DNA of 64,000 nt from Minisyncoccia bacterium (GTDB lineage: Bacteria; Patescibacteriota; Minisyncoccia; Phycocordibacterales; UBA9973): contig JBAQFC010000010.1 in the NCBI GenBank assembly GCA_049287045.1, positions 78,179 to 142,178 on the forward strand, given 5' to 3'. Made by a program: the position numbers and the translations under genes. Below are positions 44,816-55,379 of this stretch, one piece after another (the stretch's first letter is position 1; every line of letters starts with the position of its first letter). The notes under the pieces are model-generated. The model was given only the letters and a program-made list of their open reading frames with translations. It had not been told where the DNA came from and searched no databases.

Positions 44816-45919
44816 TTATACTTTGTTTATAAAGGAATATGCTTTTTTAAGAATTGATGAGGAAAACCTTGATCGTGATATTTTTTCTGCTTCTTCCTGA
44901 AGTTCATTAATATTATTGCTGTTTACACCTTCAAATGTTTTTATGTATTTTGCTTCGGCTGCAAGTATATTGGTAAAAATATTCTCAAATTTAATAACAC
45001 CTTGTCCTCCATTAATATAAACGGAAAATACATCCATATTTCTCATTAAATTATTGTCTGAGAAATCAATTATAGCAAATTTACCTTTTACAATCAAGAA
45101 ATCTACAAAAACTGTAAGTGGCGATGCTAATATGTATCCTAAGGAATAGGATTTAATATCTTTTACAATTTGCAATCTTTTTTGAAGATCAGATATATCT
45201 TGATCACTATTAATTAGTACTATGTGATTAATAATTAACTGTTTTTCTTTAACTGTTTCAAACCATTTTTTCATAAAATCAGCTTCATAATAATAGACAT
45301 GGTCTTCTTGTGAGTTCATAGGATTATTTGGCTCTTCAAAAGAAGTAACATAAATAGTACTCTCGGGCTCAATATTATCTAATATTTCAGAAATAAATTT
45401 ATGGTTTTCTGCCCTGTTCTGAATACTAATTAATCCATCGTTATGAATTATTTCTTGAATTATTTTTAAATCATCATTTGTTCGCTCAAGAACACGAGGA
45501 GCGTAATGGCCAGACAAAAGAAACAATGTAATATAGGATGTCATCTCGCCCACATTATCAAAGGAACCATGCATGAAACCTAATAAATGAAGAACAGTAA
45601 CTATTACTAAAGGAAATAATATAAGAACATAAAATATCCACCAAAGAATTTTTAATATCTTGACAGATTTAGATTGTATAAATTTTAAAAAGAGAAAATT
45701 TTGTACTCGATATTTTTTTAACGATGAATCAATAAGTTCAAATATTATTACCACACAAACTGTAAAAAGTGTAATGTATTTTATTTGTTCAGAGGTAATC
45801 TTTAGCCAAGATAAAATAGGGGTATCTAGACTAATTGTATGTAGAATAAAATATATAGAATAGCATCCAAAAAACAGAGCTATTCCAAACATAATATATT
45901 CGTGAATTTTAATTTTCAT
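44816..45919 (-). CDS. Membrane protein with N-terminal TM helices.
   Basis: Hydrophobic N-terminal third ('MFGIALFFGCYSIYFILH', 'IFYVLILFPLVIVTVLHLLGF'). Confidence 0.5.
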   Translation of the reverse strand: MKIKIHEYIMFGIALFFGCYSIYFILHTISLDTPILSWLKITSEQIKYITLFTVCVVIIFELIDSSLKKYRVQNFLFLKFIQSKSVKILKILWWIFYVLILFPLVIVTVLHLLGFMHGSFDNVGEMTSYITLFLLSGHYAPRVLERTNDDLKIIQEIIHNDGLISIQNRAENHKFISEILDNIEPESTIYVTSFEEPNNPMNSQEDHVYYYEADFMKKWFETVKEKQLIINHIVLINSDQDISDLQKRLQIVKDIKSYSLGYILASPLTVFVDFLIVKGKFAIIDFSDNNLMRNMDVFSVYINGGQGVIKFENIFTNILAAEAKYIKTFEGVNSNNINELQEEAEKISRSRFSSSILKKAYSFINKV

Positions 45920-46746
45920 TTAATTGCTCTGTATACATTTATTTTTGTGTGTCCATCAAAAGTATAGAATGGGAAAGGTTCACTCACGACTGAATCAATA
46001 TTGTTGCGGATATAAAATGGAGCGAACCCTGCACCTGTTTGGGCAAATAGAATAATTTTTGTTTTATTTTTTCTCGCCACAGATACTAATTCTGATAATG
46101 TTCCTGTAGAAAGTGCCATTCCCGTAATAATTGCAATATCAGAGTTTGAAATAATGTCTAAAGATTTAGTAGCTGATTCTACTATCACTTTATTAAAAAG
46201 TTTTTTTCCAATTAAATTCTTCTCCCTATCACATGCTGAAACAATAAACCCTGACTGTAATAATTTTTCAACTATTAAGGAAACCACACCTATAATACAT
46301 ACTTTTACTTTTCTATTTTTTTTATTTCGAATGTTGTTTGAAATGCGAAGAGCTTCATCAACAATAATATCTGCTCGCGTTAGTGCTTTATGAGAACGAA
46401 GACCTGGTAATTCAATAGAAAAATCCGGTACAGAATTAAAAGAAATCGCTAAAGAATCTAATAATGCAATATCAATGTTCTCATTGCCAGTTGGATAACC
46501 CTTATATTCTTGACCAATCATTGATTCTAAAATTTTATCTGAAAGTTCAGGCTTTTCATAATAGCATGCACCCTGTCCAAGAGTTTGCGCCACAAGTATG
46601 TGATAGTTAAAAAATCTTTCATGTTTAGTGGGCTGAAATAAACATCTAATACGCCATAACCCATTTATGATAACTACACCATTGCTTTTATTACGAATGG
46701 ATTTATTTATTACCCAATTTCTTATATTTTCAAGTGATATATCCAT
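45916..46746 (-). CDS. Rossmann-like protein (DUF4213/DUF364-like).
   Basis: Glycine-rich 'CIIGVVSLIVEKLLQSGF' and 'IAIITGMALSTGT'. Weak family recall. Confidence 0.35.
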   Translation of the reverse strand: MDISLENIRNWVINKSIRNKSNGVVIINGLWRIRCLFQPTKHERFFNYHILVAQTLGQGACYYEKPELSDKILESMIGQEYKGYPTGNENIDIALLDSLAISFNSVPDFSIELPGLRSHKALTRADIIVDEALRISNNIRNKKNRKVKVCIIGVVSLIVEKLLQSGFIVSACDREKNLIGKKLFNKVIVESATKSLDIISNSDIAIITGMALSTGTLSELVSVARKNKTKIILFAQTGAGFAPFYIRNNIDSVVSEPFPFYTFDGHTKINVYRAIK

Positions 46747-46895
46747 TATTTGGTTTTTTTATCTTTGCTGCCGCAAGTGTTATCCATTTGAGTGCAAAAC
46801 AATTTTAACTTTTGAAGCATTGGGTTTTAAAACTTTAGCTTTGAAAAATATGAGTCAAGCATAACCTGAATCTTTATATCCCAATATATAATTTG

Positions 46896-47294
46896 TTATT
46901 CCCTTTTCGGTTTATCATCACTCTTATCTTCTCCAAACTTTTGAAATGCTTTGCTCCCAAAGGCCAACCCGAGAATGTAAACCCAAGTACGGTCAATTGT
47001 AAACTGTTCAAATGTTCCCGCATTCCATCCAATCTTTACATAGATTGATGCAAAGACTAGCGTAATGATAAAAACCACAATACGCATGGTTGAAAGTTGT
47101 CCTGGACTTTCTTCAAGCAATGAAGGAAACTGAAAAGCAATCCCAATCATACTAATTAAAAAAGAAACCGCGGGAAGCGCACCATGATCGACTCCTGCAT
47201 AAGAAGTGAAACTAATAACTACAGAGGCAAGAAACCCCGCAATACCGATAATAATCATCCATTTTCCAAAATAGTCTGTAATGAAATTTTTCAT
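46896..47294 (-). CDS. Small membrane protein.
   Basis: Three hydrophobic helices. Confidence 0.5.
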   Translation of the reverse strand: MKNFITDYFGKWMIIIGIAGFLASVVISFTSYAGVDHGALPAVSFLISMIGIAFQFPSLLEESPGQLSTMRIVVFIITLVFASIYVKIGWNAGTFEQFTIDRTWVYILGLAFGSKAFQKFGEDKSDDKPKRE

Positions 47295-47305
47295 GTTAAA
47301 TAATT

Positions 47306-47962
47306 TTAATAGTTAAACTTTTTACCAATTTTTTCCAGCCCAATGATTGGATGCAATTCGATATTGTTCTCTGCACTTCCTGTTGGAGGTTTGGTGTGTT
47401 GTTTGTCAATAAAAAGAATCCCTGTGATATTCCACCGATAATTTTGATAATAGTTTTGGCTTTCAAGAAAAACTCTGCGTGCAGTTTGAATATCTTCATA
47501 AAATTCCGACTTTTTCACTTCGGGACAATTTGGATCAGGAATTTCGACGATCATAGTACGTTTGTTACCATCTTCAATGACTAAGTGTAGATCATTGTCA
47601 CTTTCAAGAATTGCTTTTGTGATAAAACAATTTTTAATGGTATATACTTGTTTTTCTATATCTTGCCTTTCCGTTTTTCCTTTGATGTCATAGCCATCGG
47701 TGTTTATCGAATTCATTTCTCCTATTGTAGTGGTTTTGAATTTTGTTTTGATGTCTTTTGTCGCATCATCAGTAACTACTTTTATGTTCCAGCGTTCAAT
47801 ACCCCCGCATTTTGTATCTTGGTCACGGTCAATGATTCCACCACCTGCTTCGGCAAAAAGTAAAGTGTACATCACTGTACCGATTGCAATATGTAAGGGT
47901 TTCGTATTCGCCATTATTTTTAATTTTTTACCTAGTAATTTACATAATGAGTAAACCAACAC
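47306..47962 (-). CDS. Secreted hypothetical protein.
   Basis: Signal-peptide-like 'MANTKPLHIAIGTVMYTLLFAEA'. Confidence 0.45.
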   Translation of the reverse strand: MLVYSLCKLLGKKLKIMANTKPLHIAIGTVMYTLLFAEAGGGIIDRDQDTKCGGIERWNIKVVTDDATKDIKTKFKTTTIGEMNSINTDGYDIKGKTERQDIEKQVYTIKNCFITKAILESDNDLHLVIEDGNKRTMIVEIPDPNCPEVKKSEFYEDIQTARRVFLESQNYYQNYRWNITGILFIDKQHTKPPTGSAENNIELHPIIGLEKIGKKFNY

Positions 47963-47999
47963 ACTATTTAAATATATAGCAGTAACTTTGCATTATTAG

Positions 48000-48233
48000 T
48001 TAAGAATCCACTTTTTTATTTTCTAAAATTGATTTATTAATGCTTGTCAGCATTTTATTAATGCTCTCTTTTTCAAAATCTGTTATACCTTCTTCAAATT
48101 CACATTCTTCAAATTTATTTTTTTTGAGTAAAGATTTAATCATTTCAACATATGAGAATTTATCTTCTGCAACTCCGTTGCGGATTAAAATCTCAATGTT
48201 TTGCTCTTTGTCTTTTCTGAAAATTAATTTCAT
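48000..48233 (-). CDS. Small hypothetical protein, overlapping the PHP-ATPase gene stop (ATGA).
   Basis: 77-aa ORF with overlap suggesting coupling. Confidence 0.4.
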   Translation of the reverse strand: MKLIFRKDKEQNIEILIRNGVAEDKFSYVEMIKSLLKKNKFEECEFEEGITDFEKESINKMLTSINKSILENKKVDS

Positions 48234-50548
48234 TTTGTTTCTTCTTTAAATTTTTTAAGGTTATATTTTTTTACTCTTTTTTTAATTGAACTCTTCCCTC
48301 CATCGGTTATTTCTGCAACAAAATCAACAATACTTTTGTTATCAATTTTCCCTTCTAAACTTGCTGAACGAATTTTTATTTTATTATCTTCATTTCTACA
48401 TAAAATAATATTTTGAGCATCTCCAAGCATTGGTATCGTAGCATTATGAGAAACGATAATTATTTGTTTTTTTATTTTTATTTTTTTGACAGATTTTATT
48501 AATCCCTCGTTGATATATGCGGTTGCCAAGTTATCTTCCGGCTGATCAATAATTAATGGAGCTAAATCATCTTCGTACCCTAAAATTATATCAAGTATTA
48601 TAGATGTTTTCAAACCTGGACTTAAATTTTCAAATTTTCTGCCTTCATTATCAATAATTTTATAGGTTTGTTTGTTTAGCTCTTGAAACTTGACATAAAT
48701 TTTATTTTCAAAATCATCATAATCTCTTACTTTAGGACTTTGCTTATGGTTTGAATCGAATAGATATTCTGGAGTAATTTCATCAAAAGCATCAATTTTA
48801 GTTTTAATGTAATGACAAATTACTTCTTTGAATTTTTCCTTATTTAATGCAAATTCATTTTCGATAAATAATCTATGACCCATAGATTCAACTTCTTCTG
48901 ATCCAACTTTGAAAGCGTAGGATGATATATCTTTTATAGTTTTTTGAAAATCAATAAGTGCAGTTGAATAAGATGTAATTATTTGAAGTAGTTTTTCAAA
49001 ATCCTGACTTTTTGTTTGTTGTTCATTACTCTCTGTTTTTAAATTATTATCAACTTCCTTTTTTTCATTTTTAATAATAGTCCTTATAACTTTTTCAAAC
49101 TCATTTGCCACAAAAGCATTTGTCAATTCTTCTTTTAAATCGACAACTAATTTCGAATTATGATTTTCAACAAAAGGATTTTCGAATAAAAATGTTTCTA
49201 TTTTGTCTAATGCTAGTTTGTCTTCACTGTATGATGTTTCATCATATTCAAATTTATCGACAAGAAGTTTGTGTGGAATAAAACCTTTTAATACATTTCT
49301 TTTAATATCCTCAGAAGTAATTAGCTTTGAGAAAATTGGAATTGTATCCAATCTTTTTTTATCTTCTTGAATTTGTTTGACTGAAATAATTAGTTTCTTT
49401 AAGTCCTCTTTCAATTTCTTTAATTCAGCATCAATCTTGTTTCTAATAGTTGCATCACCAGGAAATACCTTTTTTACTATTTCAATTTGATCAATCCTAT
49501 TTTCTTCACTGTTTGCAAGTATCTTTGTAATGTAATTTTGATAAATGTAATGAGGTTTTTTCCCCGAAGGATTATATACTACAATGTCTTCAACTTTAAA
49601 TTTTGAATATTCAGTAACAGAAAAATCATCATTGGTTTTTTTATACAATGAGTCAACAAACAATGTTTTTCCACTTGAAGAGCCTCCAATAACAACATTT
49701 AATCCAGAGGTTAATTCTACATCAATGTCAATCAGAGAATTATTCAGATTAACTTTCTGAATATGTTCTGACCAACTATCTGGTTTATTGCCATAAACCA
49801 ATCTTGATTTTTCTGATAAGGAAAGACGAAGCCCATCAAATGTTGGCATTGCCAACATCCAAGTAGGTACAAAATCAGCTGCTTCTTTTGCTTTCGGATT
49901 TGGGTAATTTGAAGGGGAATAATTATCCGTACAAGTAATTAAATTAATAAATTCATTAATACCAAGTTTCTTAAAATAGCTTTCCGTTTTCTCTAATCCA
50001 GTATTACTGCGAGCAGTAAAACCATCAAATAAGTTGTAATAAATATTTCTCATTAAAGTATCATCAAAAGTGATGTCTTCTTTTGGAATGGATTTATTAA
50101 AAGTTGAGTGATTTTGGCCTCCATGTGGAAGCAAAATGAAGTCATAGTTATCAAATTGTTTAATAATTGCTTCGAGTTTAGGAATATTGTTATCGGTATT
50201 TTTTACAACCTTATTGGGATATAGTATATTTAATTTTTCGTTAATGTCATCAATAATTGTTTCAGTTATTTCTTCAAGGTTAAAATAGATGTGACAATGA
50301 TAAAATGGAGCAATATCAAAATTTCGTATGTGCAATTCAACCCCCAATAATAAATTTTCAATTTTATTTTTTGCTTCCAAATAAATCTTTTTATTGACTA
50401 CATTATGGTCTGTAATTGAAATTAAGGATTTCGAATCTTTGTTATATTCACCAATCTTTTTAATCAATGTATCCAAATCGTAATTTTCATTAAGACAATT
50501 AGGATCTTCTGAAGTGTGAATGTGGGTATCTAAATATATTGGGTTCAT
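48230..50548 (-). CDS. PHP-domain phosphoesterase fused to an SMC/ABC-like ATPase (Ppl-like single-gene defence architecture).
   Basis: N-terminal 'LDTHIHTSEDP' (PHP His cluster) and 'LPHGGQNHS'. Walker A 'GGSSSGKT'. Signature-like 'LSPGLKTS'. Walker B 'LIIDQPEDNL'. H-loop 'VSHNA'. Coiled-coil insert between the Walker motifs. Confidence 0.7.
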   Translation of the reverse strand: MNPIYLDTHIHTSEDPNCLNENYDLDTLIKKIGEYNKDSKSLISITDHNVVNKKIYLEAKNKIENLLLGVELHIRNFDIAPFYHCHIYFNLEEITETIIDDINEKLNILYPNKVVKNTDNNIPKLEAIIKQFDNYDFILLPHGGQNHSTFNKSIPKEDITFDDTLMRNIYYNLFDGFTARSNTGLEKTESYFKKLGINEFINLITCTDNYSPSNYPNPKAKEAADFVPTWMLAMPTFDGLRLSLSEKSRLVYGNKPDSWSEHIQKVNLNNSLIDIDVELTSGLNVVIGGSSSGKTLFVDSLYKKTNDDFSVTEYSKFKVEDIVVYNPSGKKPHYIYQNYITKILANSEENRIDQIEIVKKVFPGDATIRNKIDAELKKLKEDLKKLIISVKQIQEDKKRLDTIPIFSKLITSEDIKRNVLKGFIPHKLLVDKFEYDETSYSEDKLALDKIETFLFENPFVENHNSKLVVDLKEELTNAFVANEFEKVIRTIIKNEKKEVDNNLKTESNEQQTKSQDFEKLLQIITSYSTALIDFQKTIKDISSYAFKVGSEEVESMGHRLFIENEFALNKEKFKEVICHYIKTKIDAFDEITPEYLFDSNHKQSPKVRDYDDFENKIYVKFQELNKQTYKIIDNEGRKFENLSPGLKTSIILDIILGYEDDLAPLIIDQPEDNLATAYINEGLIKSVKKIKIKKQIIIVSHNATIPMLGDAQNIILCRNEDNKIKIRSASLEGKIDNKSIVDFVAEITDGGKSSIKKRVKKYNLKKFKEETK

Positions 50549-50775
50549 TAGTTATTCTTGTTAGTTATGATTACTGGTGATTTTAAAACTACACAACAAA
50601 ATTTTTCTAATATAAGCAAAGAATTGTTTGCATTTATGACTCATATTGAGAATCATTCTATCATTTTTACTGTTACCTGTCAACAAAGAGTGACAGTTTA
50701 GAATAATTTTCAAAAGAAAGAAAAATGCAAAAGTGTAAAGTTGAAATACTAATCAGACTTTAAAAATTGTTTCAT

Positions 50776-51765
50776 TTAATTATTCTGCTTAATTCTTTTT
50801 TCAATTTTAATTGTATAAAAAACCTTGCGTTTACTTATCGCGATTAAAAGAATAGTTATTTTATAATTATTGTTTAGTACTGTAAATACGCTTTCTTCTC
50901 CGATTTTTTGAATTTTGGTTGATAGAGTTTCTTTATCCCATTTGAGGTCGTATTTAACTTTATTTTCGCTTAGACTAACTTCATTCATATGAATTGAAAA
51001 ATTTTCAATGATTTCACTAAACCAACCGGGGCCTGTATATCTGTTTTCTTCATAAATTACATTATAACTGGAGGGATTCGATGATACAGGAATATCAAGG
51101 TCACTGATATTTTCTAATTTTTCTTTTGCAAATGTTATTGCTTCATTTTTCTTGGCATTATACGCCTCCGCTTGTGTTTGAAGTACTATAATTTGATTTT
51201 TTATTTTAACAGTATCCAGCTTAGATTTGGTTATACCTTGACTATGTATTTCTGATGTCAAAGAATCTATATGATTTACAATACTTTTCAAACTGTCACT
51301 ATTCAAAACAACCCCTTCCTTCGCTTTATCAATTTTATTTTGATACAAGTTGCGCAATGTTGTAAATCCTGTTTTTAAACTATCTTCTATTATTGTATAA
51401 CTTAAAAACTCGCACATTGCATGCACCCTTGTGTACTTATATGAATCTTGTTCCATCAGGTCGATAAATTGCTTTACATAAGGTGCAATTGTTTCAGAGT
51501 CTTGTTTTCTAGTTTGAAGCTTTAATTCGTAATCCTTAAATATAAATGTTGTATAAGCAGTAAACCCCCCAATGATGATAGAACCGAAGAAATACTTCAT
51601 AAACTCAAACCTAAAAGTAGCGCGTTTTTCTTTGTCAGCAAGACCCGTCTCAAGGGTCTTTTGTTCTTCTTGGAACCATTGTTTTCTGTATTCTTCATAT
51701 TGCTTGAATAAGTCAGCATCTTTTGACTCTGTCGCTATTTTTTTATATTCTTCAAAATTCATCAT
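50776..51765 (-). CDS. Hypothetical protein with one TM helix.
   Basis: TM segment 'FFGSIIIGGFTAYTTFIF'. No motif. Confidence 0.45.
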   Translation of the reverse strand: MMNFEEYKKIATESKDADLFKQYEEYRKQWFQEEQKTLETGLADKEKRATFRFEFMKYFFGSIIIGGFTAYTTFIFKDYELKLQTRKQDSETIAPYVKQFIDLMEQDSYKYTRVHAMCEFLSYTIIEDSLKTGFTTLRNLYQNKIDKAKEGVVLNSDSLKSIVNHIDSLTSEIHSQGITKSKLDTVKIKNQIIVLQTQAEAYNAKKNEAITFAKEKLENISDLDIPVSSNPSSYNVIYEENRYTGPGWFSEIIENFSIHMNEVSLSENKVKYDLKWDKETLSTKIQKIGEESVFTVLNNNYKITILLIAISKRKVFYTIKIEKRIKQNN

Positions 51766-51925
51766 ATTAGTTTGATTTTTTAAAAAATTAACTTAAACAT
51801 CTACTAATAGAGGGTTTTAAAAATCTAACAAACCACTGGCAATGAGAAATACTAGTAAAATTGACCCGTTTAATTTTTAAAAACGAGTTTTCCAACGTAC
51901 TCAATGGACATGAACCAACTTACAA

Positions 51926-53047
51926 CTATTTTAGAATATCCTTTGCAAGAGCCCAACTTATTGAAACAGCAGGATAGAAACTCATTAGATTAAAATCTTT
52001 GTCGAGTTTTCTTCGTAATCCAATTTCAATGATTTTTTTATTGTCTATCTTATAATTAGCTCCAAAAGCAAATGTGTTAGAGACTATATTAGAATTGTCT
52101 TCATAAATATATTCTGCAAACGCATTTACTTTTGATGTTCCATATCGCACATTGATTCCACCATACATATCATCTTTTTTATTTATTTGAACCCATTTGA
52201 AAAGTGCAGCAATCTGAATTTTATTAGATTCCCCTTCATCTATATTTGAAAGACTAAAACCCTTTGCTGGATTAATCCAAACTCCAAAACCATTGGTAGA
52301 AAGGTTGATACTGTCAATATTGGGGGAGTTGTAATTGTAAATTTGCCCCACTCCAACGTCCATTACAAAATCCGTCCAATGCTTTTCGATATAATCTGCT
52401 GCCAATTTCTTTTTTACAACAATAACTGTTTCTTCAACTTTTTTGTCAAATTCTGAAAATGCTTTTGTTTTTAGATCCAATAGATTTTTCAATGAATCTT
52501 TTTTTGCTGAATTTTTTTCTGAATTCATTTTATCTTCAATTTTGTTTATTTCCACACCCATTGCAATTTTTGTGTCGTTAAATCCTATAGCATCAGTCAT
52601 TTTCTCAATATCATCAATATATTTCGAATCCATCATTGGATCCTTTTGAAAAGTAAATTTTCCTGAATAAGCAAATTGCCTTATATCGTCTTTCTTTGTA
52701 GTGCCTGATGAAATATTTACTTTGCTCAAAGCGCGCATAAAACAAGTCTGTTTTTTATAGTTTTGATAATTTTTATTTTTAAATAATAAGATCCAAAAGG
52801 GCTGAGCATCTATAGCAATATTATCCAGTAATTTTCCGTCGTTAATAAAATTGCCAAAGCTGAAATCTTTTGTATAACCGGGTCTGCTCACTATAGTGGA
52901 ACTATTACCCATTAAATTAAATGCACCTGAAGACGGAACAGTAAACTCTGTTGCCTTTACAATATCATCATTCGTAGAATTAACTTGTGAATAATTATCT
53001 TGACTCAAAATAATACAAAAACCAATTATAAAAAATTTCTTTTTCAT
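51926..53047 (-). CDS. Secreted / outer-membrane-like protein.
   Basis: Signal peptide 'MKKKFFIIGFCIILSQDNYSQ'. Beta-rich alternating pattern at the C-terminus. Confidence 0.5.
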   Translation of the reverse strand: MKKKFFIIGFCIILSQDNYSQVNSTNDDIVKATEFTVPSSGAFNLMGNSSTIVSRPGYTKDFSFGNFINDGKLLDNIAIDAQPFWILLFKNKNYQNYKKQTCFMRALSKVNISSGTTKKDDIRQFAYSGKFTFQKDPMMDSKYIDDIEKMTDAIGFNDTKIAMGVEINKIEDKMNSEKNSAKKDSLKNLLDLKTKAFSEFDKKVEETVIVVKKKLAADYIEKHWTDFVMDVGVGQIYNYNSPNIDSINLSTNGFGVWINPAKGFSLSNIDEGESNKIQIAALFKWVQINKKDDMYGGINVRYGTSKVNAFAEYIYEDNSNIVSNTFAFGANYKIDNKKIIEIGLRRKLDKDFNLMSFYPAVSISWALAKDILK

Positions 53048-53418
53048 GCTGTTTTAAATTTTATTGAATGAGTTGCGCTTAATGCAGATTGATTTTTTTC
53101 AATAATGATTGGGTTATCGCCTGCAGTTTCGTTCCCATCTTGTGAAAAATGATATTCTACATCTATTTCATTATGACCTGGGGCAGAAACATAAGTACCT
53201 GCAATATAAACCCTGCAATTAGTTAAATCACCAATAGAAACTGGTAAAATGTATATATCGGGAATTGCATCACTCAATTTCCCATCACCCAATTTTGTTG
53301 TTACATCCCCGAGTAAATATGCAATACTATAACTACCTAATGTTGCGTATTTCGCTTTGATCTCAATGGTGATAGGACCTCCATTGTATTTGTAAATAAT
53401 AATTTTATTCTCAAACAT
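53044..53418 (-). CDS. Hypothetical protein, upstream and overlapping partner of the secreted protein.
   Basis: 4-nt overlap. Confidence 0.4.
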   Translation of the reverse strand: MFENKIIIYKYNGGPITIEIKAKYATLGSYSIAYLLGDVTTKLGDGKLSDAIPDIYILPVSIGDLTNCRVYIAGTYVSAPGHNEIDVEYHFSQDGNETAGDNPIIIEKNQSALSATHSIKFKTA

Positions 53419-54298
53419 ATTATTAATTTTTCTGCCTACTCTTTGTTCGGATTTTCGGTTTGCTCCAGTTATTATTTGTTATCCATTAGGTGTCTTTGTT
53501 GCATCTGCAATACTGTTCACCTCGTAAGGAACTATTCCTAATCCCATAATTACTTTAAACAAAAACAATAGTTTTTTAATGCTAAATAAATGGTATTGAA
53601 GATTAGTATTCATTTAGTTCTTTTCTTTATTCTCACCTAATTATTTTCCATTAAAACATCAGTTATTTATTCCAATTAACTTTTTTGTTAAAAATAACAT
53701 CTTTCCCATAAACTATTTAGCAATTTTTGTCAATGGATGGTCTAAATTCAGTTTTCTTTTTTTTATACCTCTACAAATGTATTTTCATTATAAAATAAAA
53801 AAATATAATTGGGAGTTAAGAAATATTTGTAGTTAATATTCTGTGGCTAAGTAACAATTATTTTTTCACTCAGGACAATTAATGTTTTTTATTTTTGTAA
53901 AAATTAAAAACATAATCTTCTGAATCGCTTTAATAGACTGGGTATTACTGTGTCGAAGTTTTTTTAAAATATTTTTATATTTTTTATTTGCTAAAAAAAG
54001 TTATCATGAGCATTCATCTGCAATAAATATTCACTGGTTCATTTTACGGCTACGTTTGATAAAAATATCATGACGTCTGTTCATTTCAGCAATCATATTT
54101 TGAAAAATTACATTAAGTTTATCAAAAAACAGATGTGGGTAATTTTTCATTGAAGATTTATTCTATATGATAAAAAGAAGACGTATTTAAAATGAGATTT
54201 ATTAGAGTTTGTCAAAGAAAATTAATTTGACAAGGATTGCATTATAACCGAGTAGCCGAAAACGGTATCAATAGTAGGCATTAAAATAATTAGTAACT

Positions 54299-54652
54299 AT
54301 GGCCACAAAACAACAATTAGAATTAAGTGCAGACAATATTATTGCCTCAGTCGATTTGGAAAAAGATCCTAAAGAACAATTTAAGATTGTATGGTTAGGA
54401 ACTGTCAAACCCATTTTAGAACTAGTGAAATCATTCACTGGTGCAAAAATTGATGAACAAATTGCGAGACTTGAAATTGCAGCTGATAGAGTGTGTGATG
54501 AAAAAAATGTCGATGTAACTAATTATTGTCAGATTTGGAACTCATTTCATCTTAAAAGTTTATTGAAGTTTGTTCAAACTTTTACTGGTCCAAAAGTAGA
54601 TAAAGCAATCAATAAATTCATTGAGATTTCAGATAGTTTCTGCCTGAATTAG
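54299..54652 (+). CDS. Hypothetical protein with an internal tandem duplication of about 45 aa.
   Basis: 'ILELVKSFTGAKIDEQIARLEIAADRVCDE' and 'LLKFVQTFTGPKVDKAINKFIEISDSFC'. Confidence 0.4.
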   Translation: MATKQQLELSADNIIASVDLEKDPKEQFKIVWLGTVKPILELVKSFTGAKIDEQIARLEIAADRVCDEKNVDVTNYCQIWNSFHLKSLLKFVQTFTGPKVDKAINKFIEISDSFCLN

Positions 54653-54706
54653 AATTTTTAATTTACTAAATATTAAACTTGAGTATTTAATTTTTAAAAC
54701 GATATC

Positions 54707-54985
54707 ATGAGCTATATTATGGTTTCCGGGGATTTCCCTGATATTAATTCAGAACAGAGAAAAAAAATTTACGAATGTTTGAAATTGAAGAATTGGAAGA
54801 AAGTTACCGAGCCAGGGAGAGATATTGATACTGTTTGGTACGGATCTTTTGTTGAAAGTGTTTCTGAGGTCGATGCAAAGAGAATAACAAAATCGGATTT
54901 CGAGACCTGCTCGAGCCCTTATTGCATGCCTAAGCTTGTCGTTCATTGGGGACCAGAGAAACCTTCATTTTATAATTTGGTTTAA
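54707..54985 (+). CDS. Hypothetical protein.
   Basis: 92-aa ORF. Confidence 0.35.
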   Translation: MSYIMVSGDFPDINSEQRKKIYECLKLKNWKKVTEPGRDIDTVWYGSFVESVSEVDAKRITKSDFETCSSPYCMPKLVVHWGPEKPSFYNLV

Positions 54986-55148
54986 TATTTCTGAACCTAG
55001 TTTCTTAATATGATGAAGCTCCCTATACTTGAAATTTTAATAACGACATACAATGTTTTAATATTAGTATACTTAGAAATAGGGTAATAAATTTTCAAAA
55101 TTAAGATTTGGATTTTCTATTAAAATAACAGTATTTATATTCTAGAGG

Positions 55149-55379
55149 ATGAAAAATTCAGAAAGCTATTTATCTGAAATAGCCGAAACAAAAACTGAAA
55201 ATGACTTTGAAATCAAAGGCAATATTAATATTTTAGAAAAGAGAGAATTAAAACGTTGGAGTGAGTTATTATGTTGCAAAGAAGAAGATCTAATACAATC
55301 AGTTTTAGTGATTGGTAATAATGCAAAAATTGTTGACACTTATCTCTACTTGAATCGAAAAAAAGTAATCAAAAACTAA
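55149..55379 (+). CDS. Hypothetical protein.
   Basis: 76-aa ORF. Confidence 0.35.
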   Translation: MKNSESYLSEIAETKTENDFEIKGNINILEKRELKRWSELLCCKEEDLIQSVLVIGNNAKIVDTYLYLNRKKVIKN

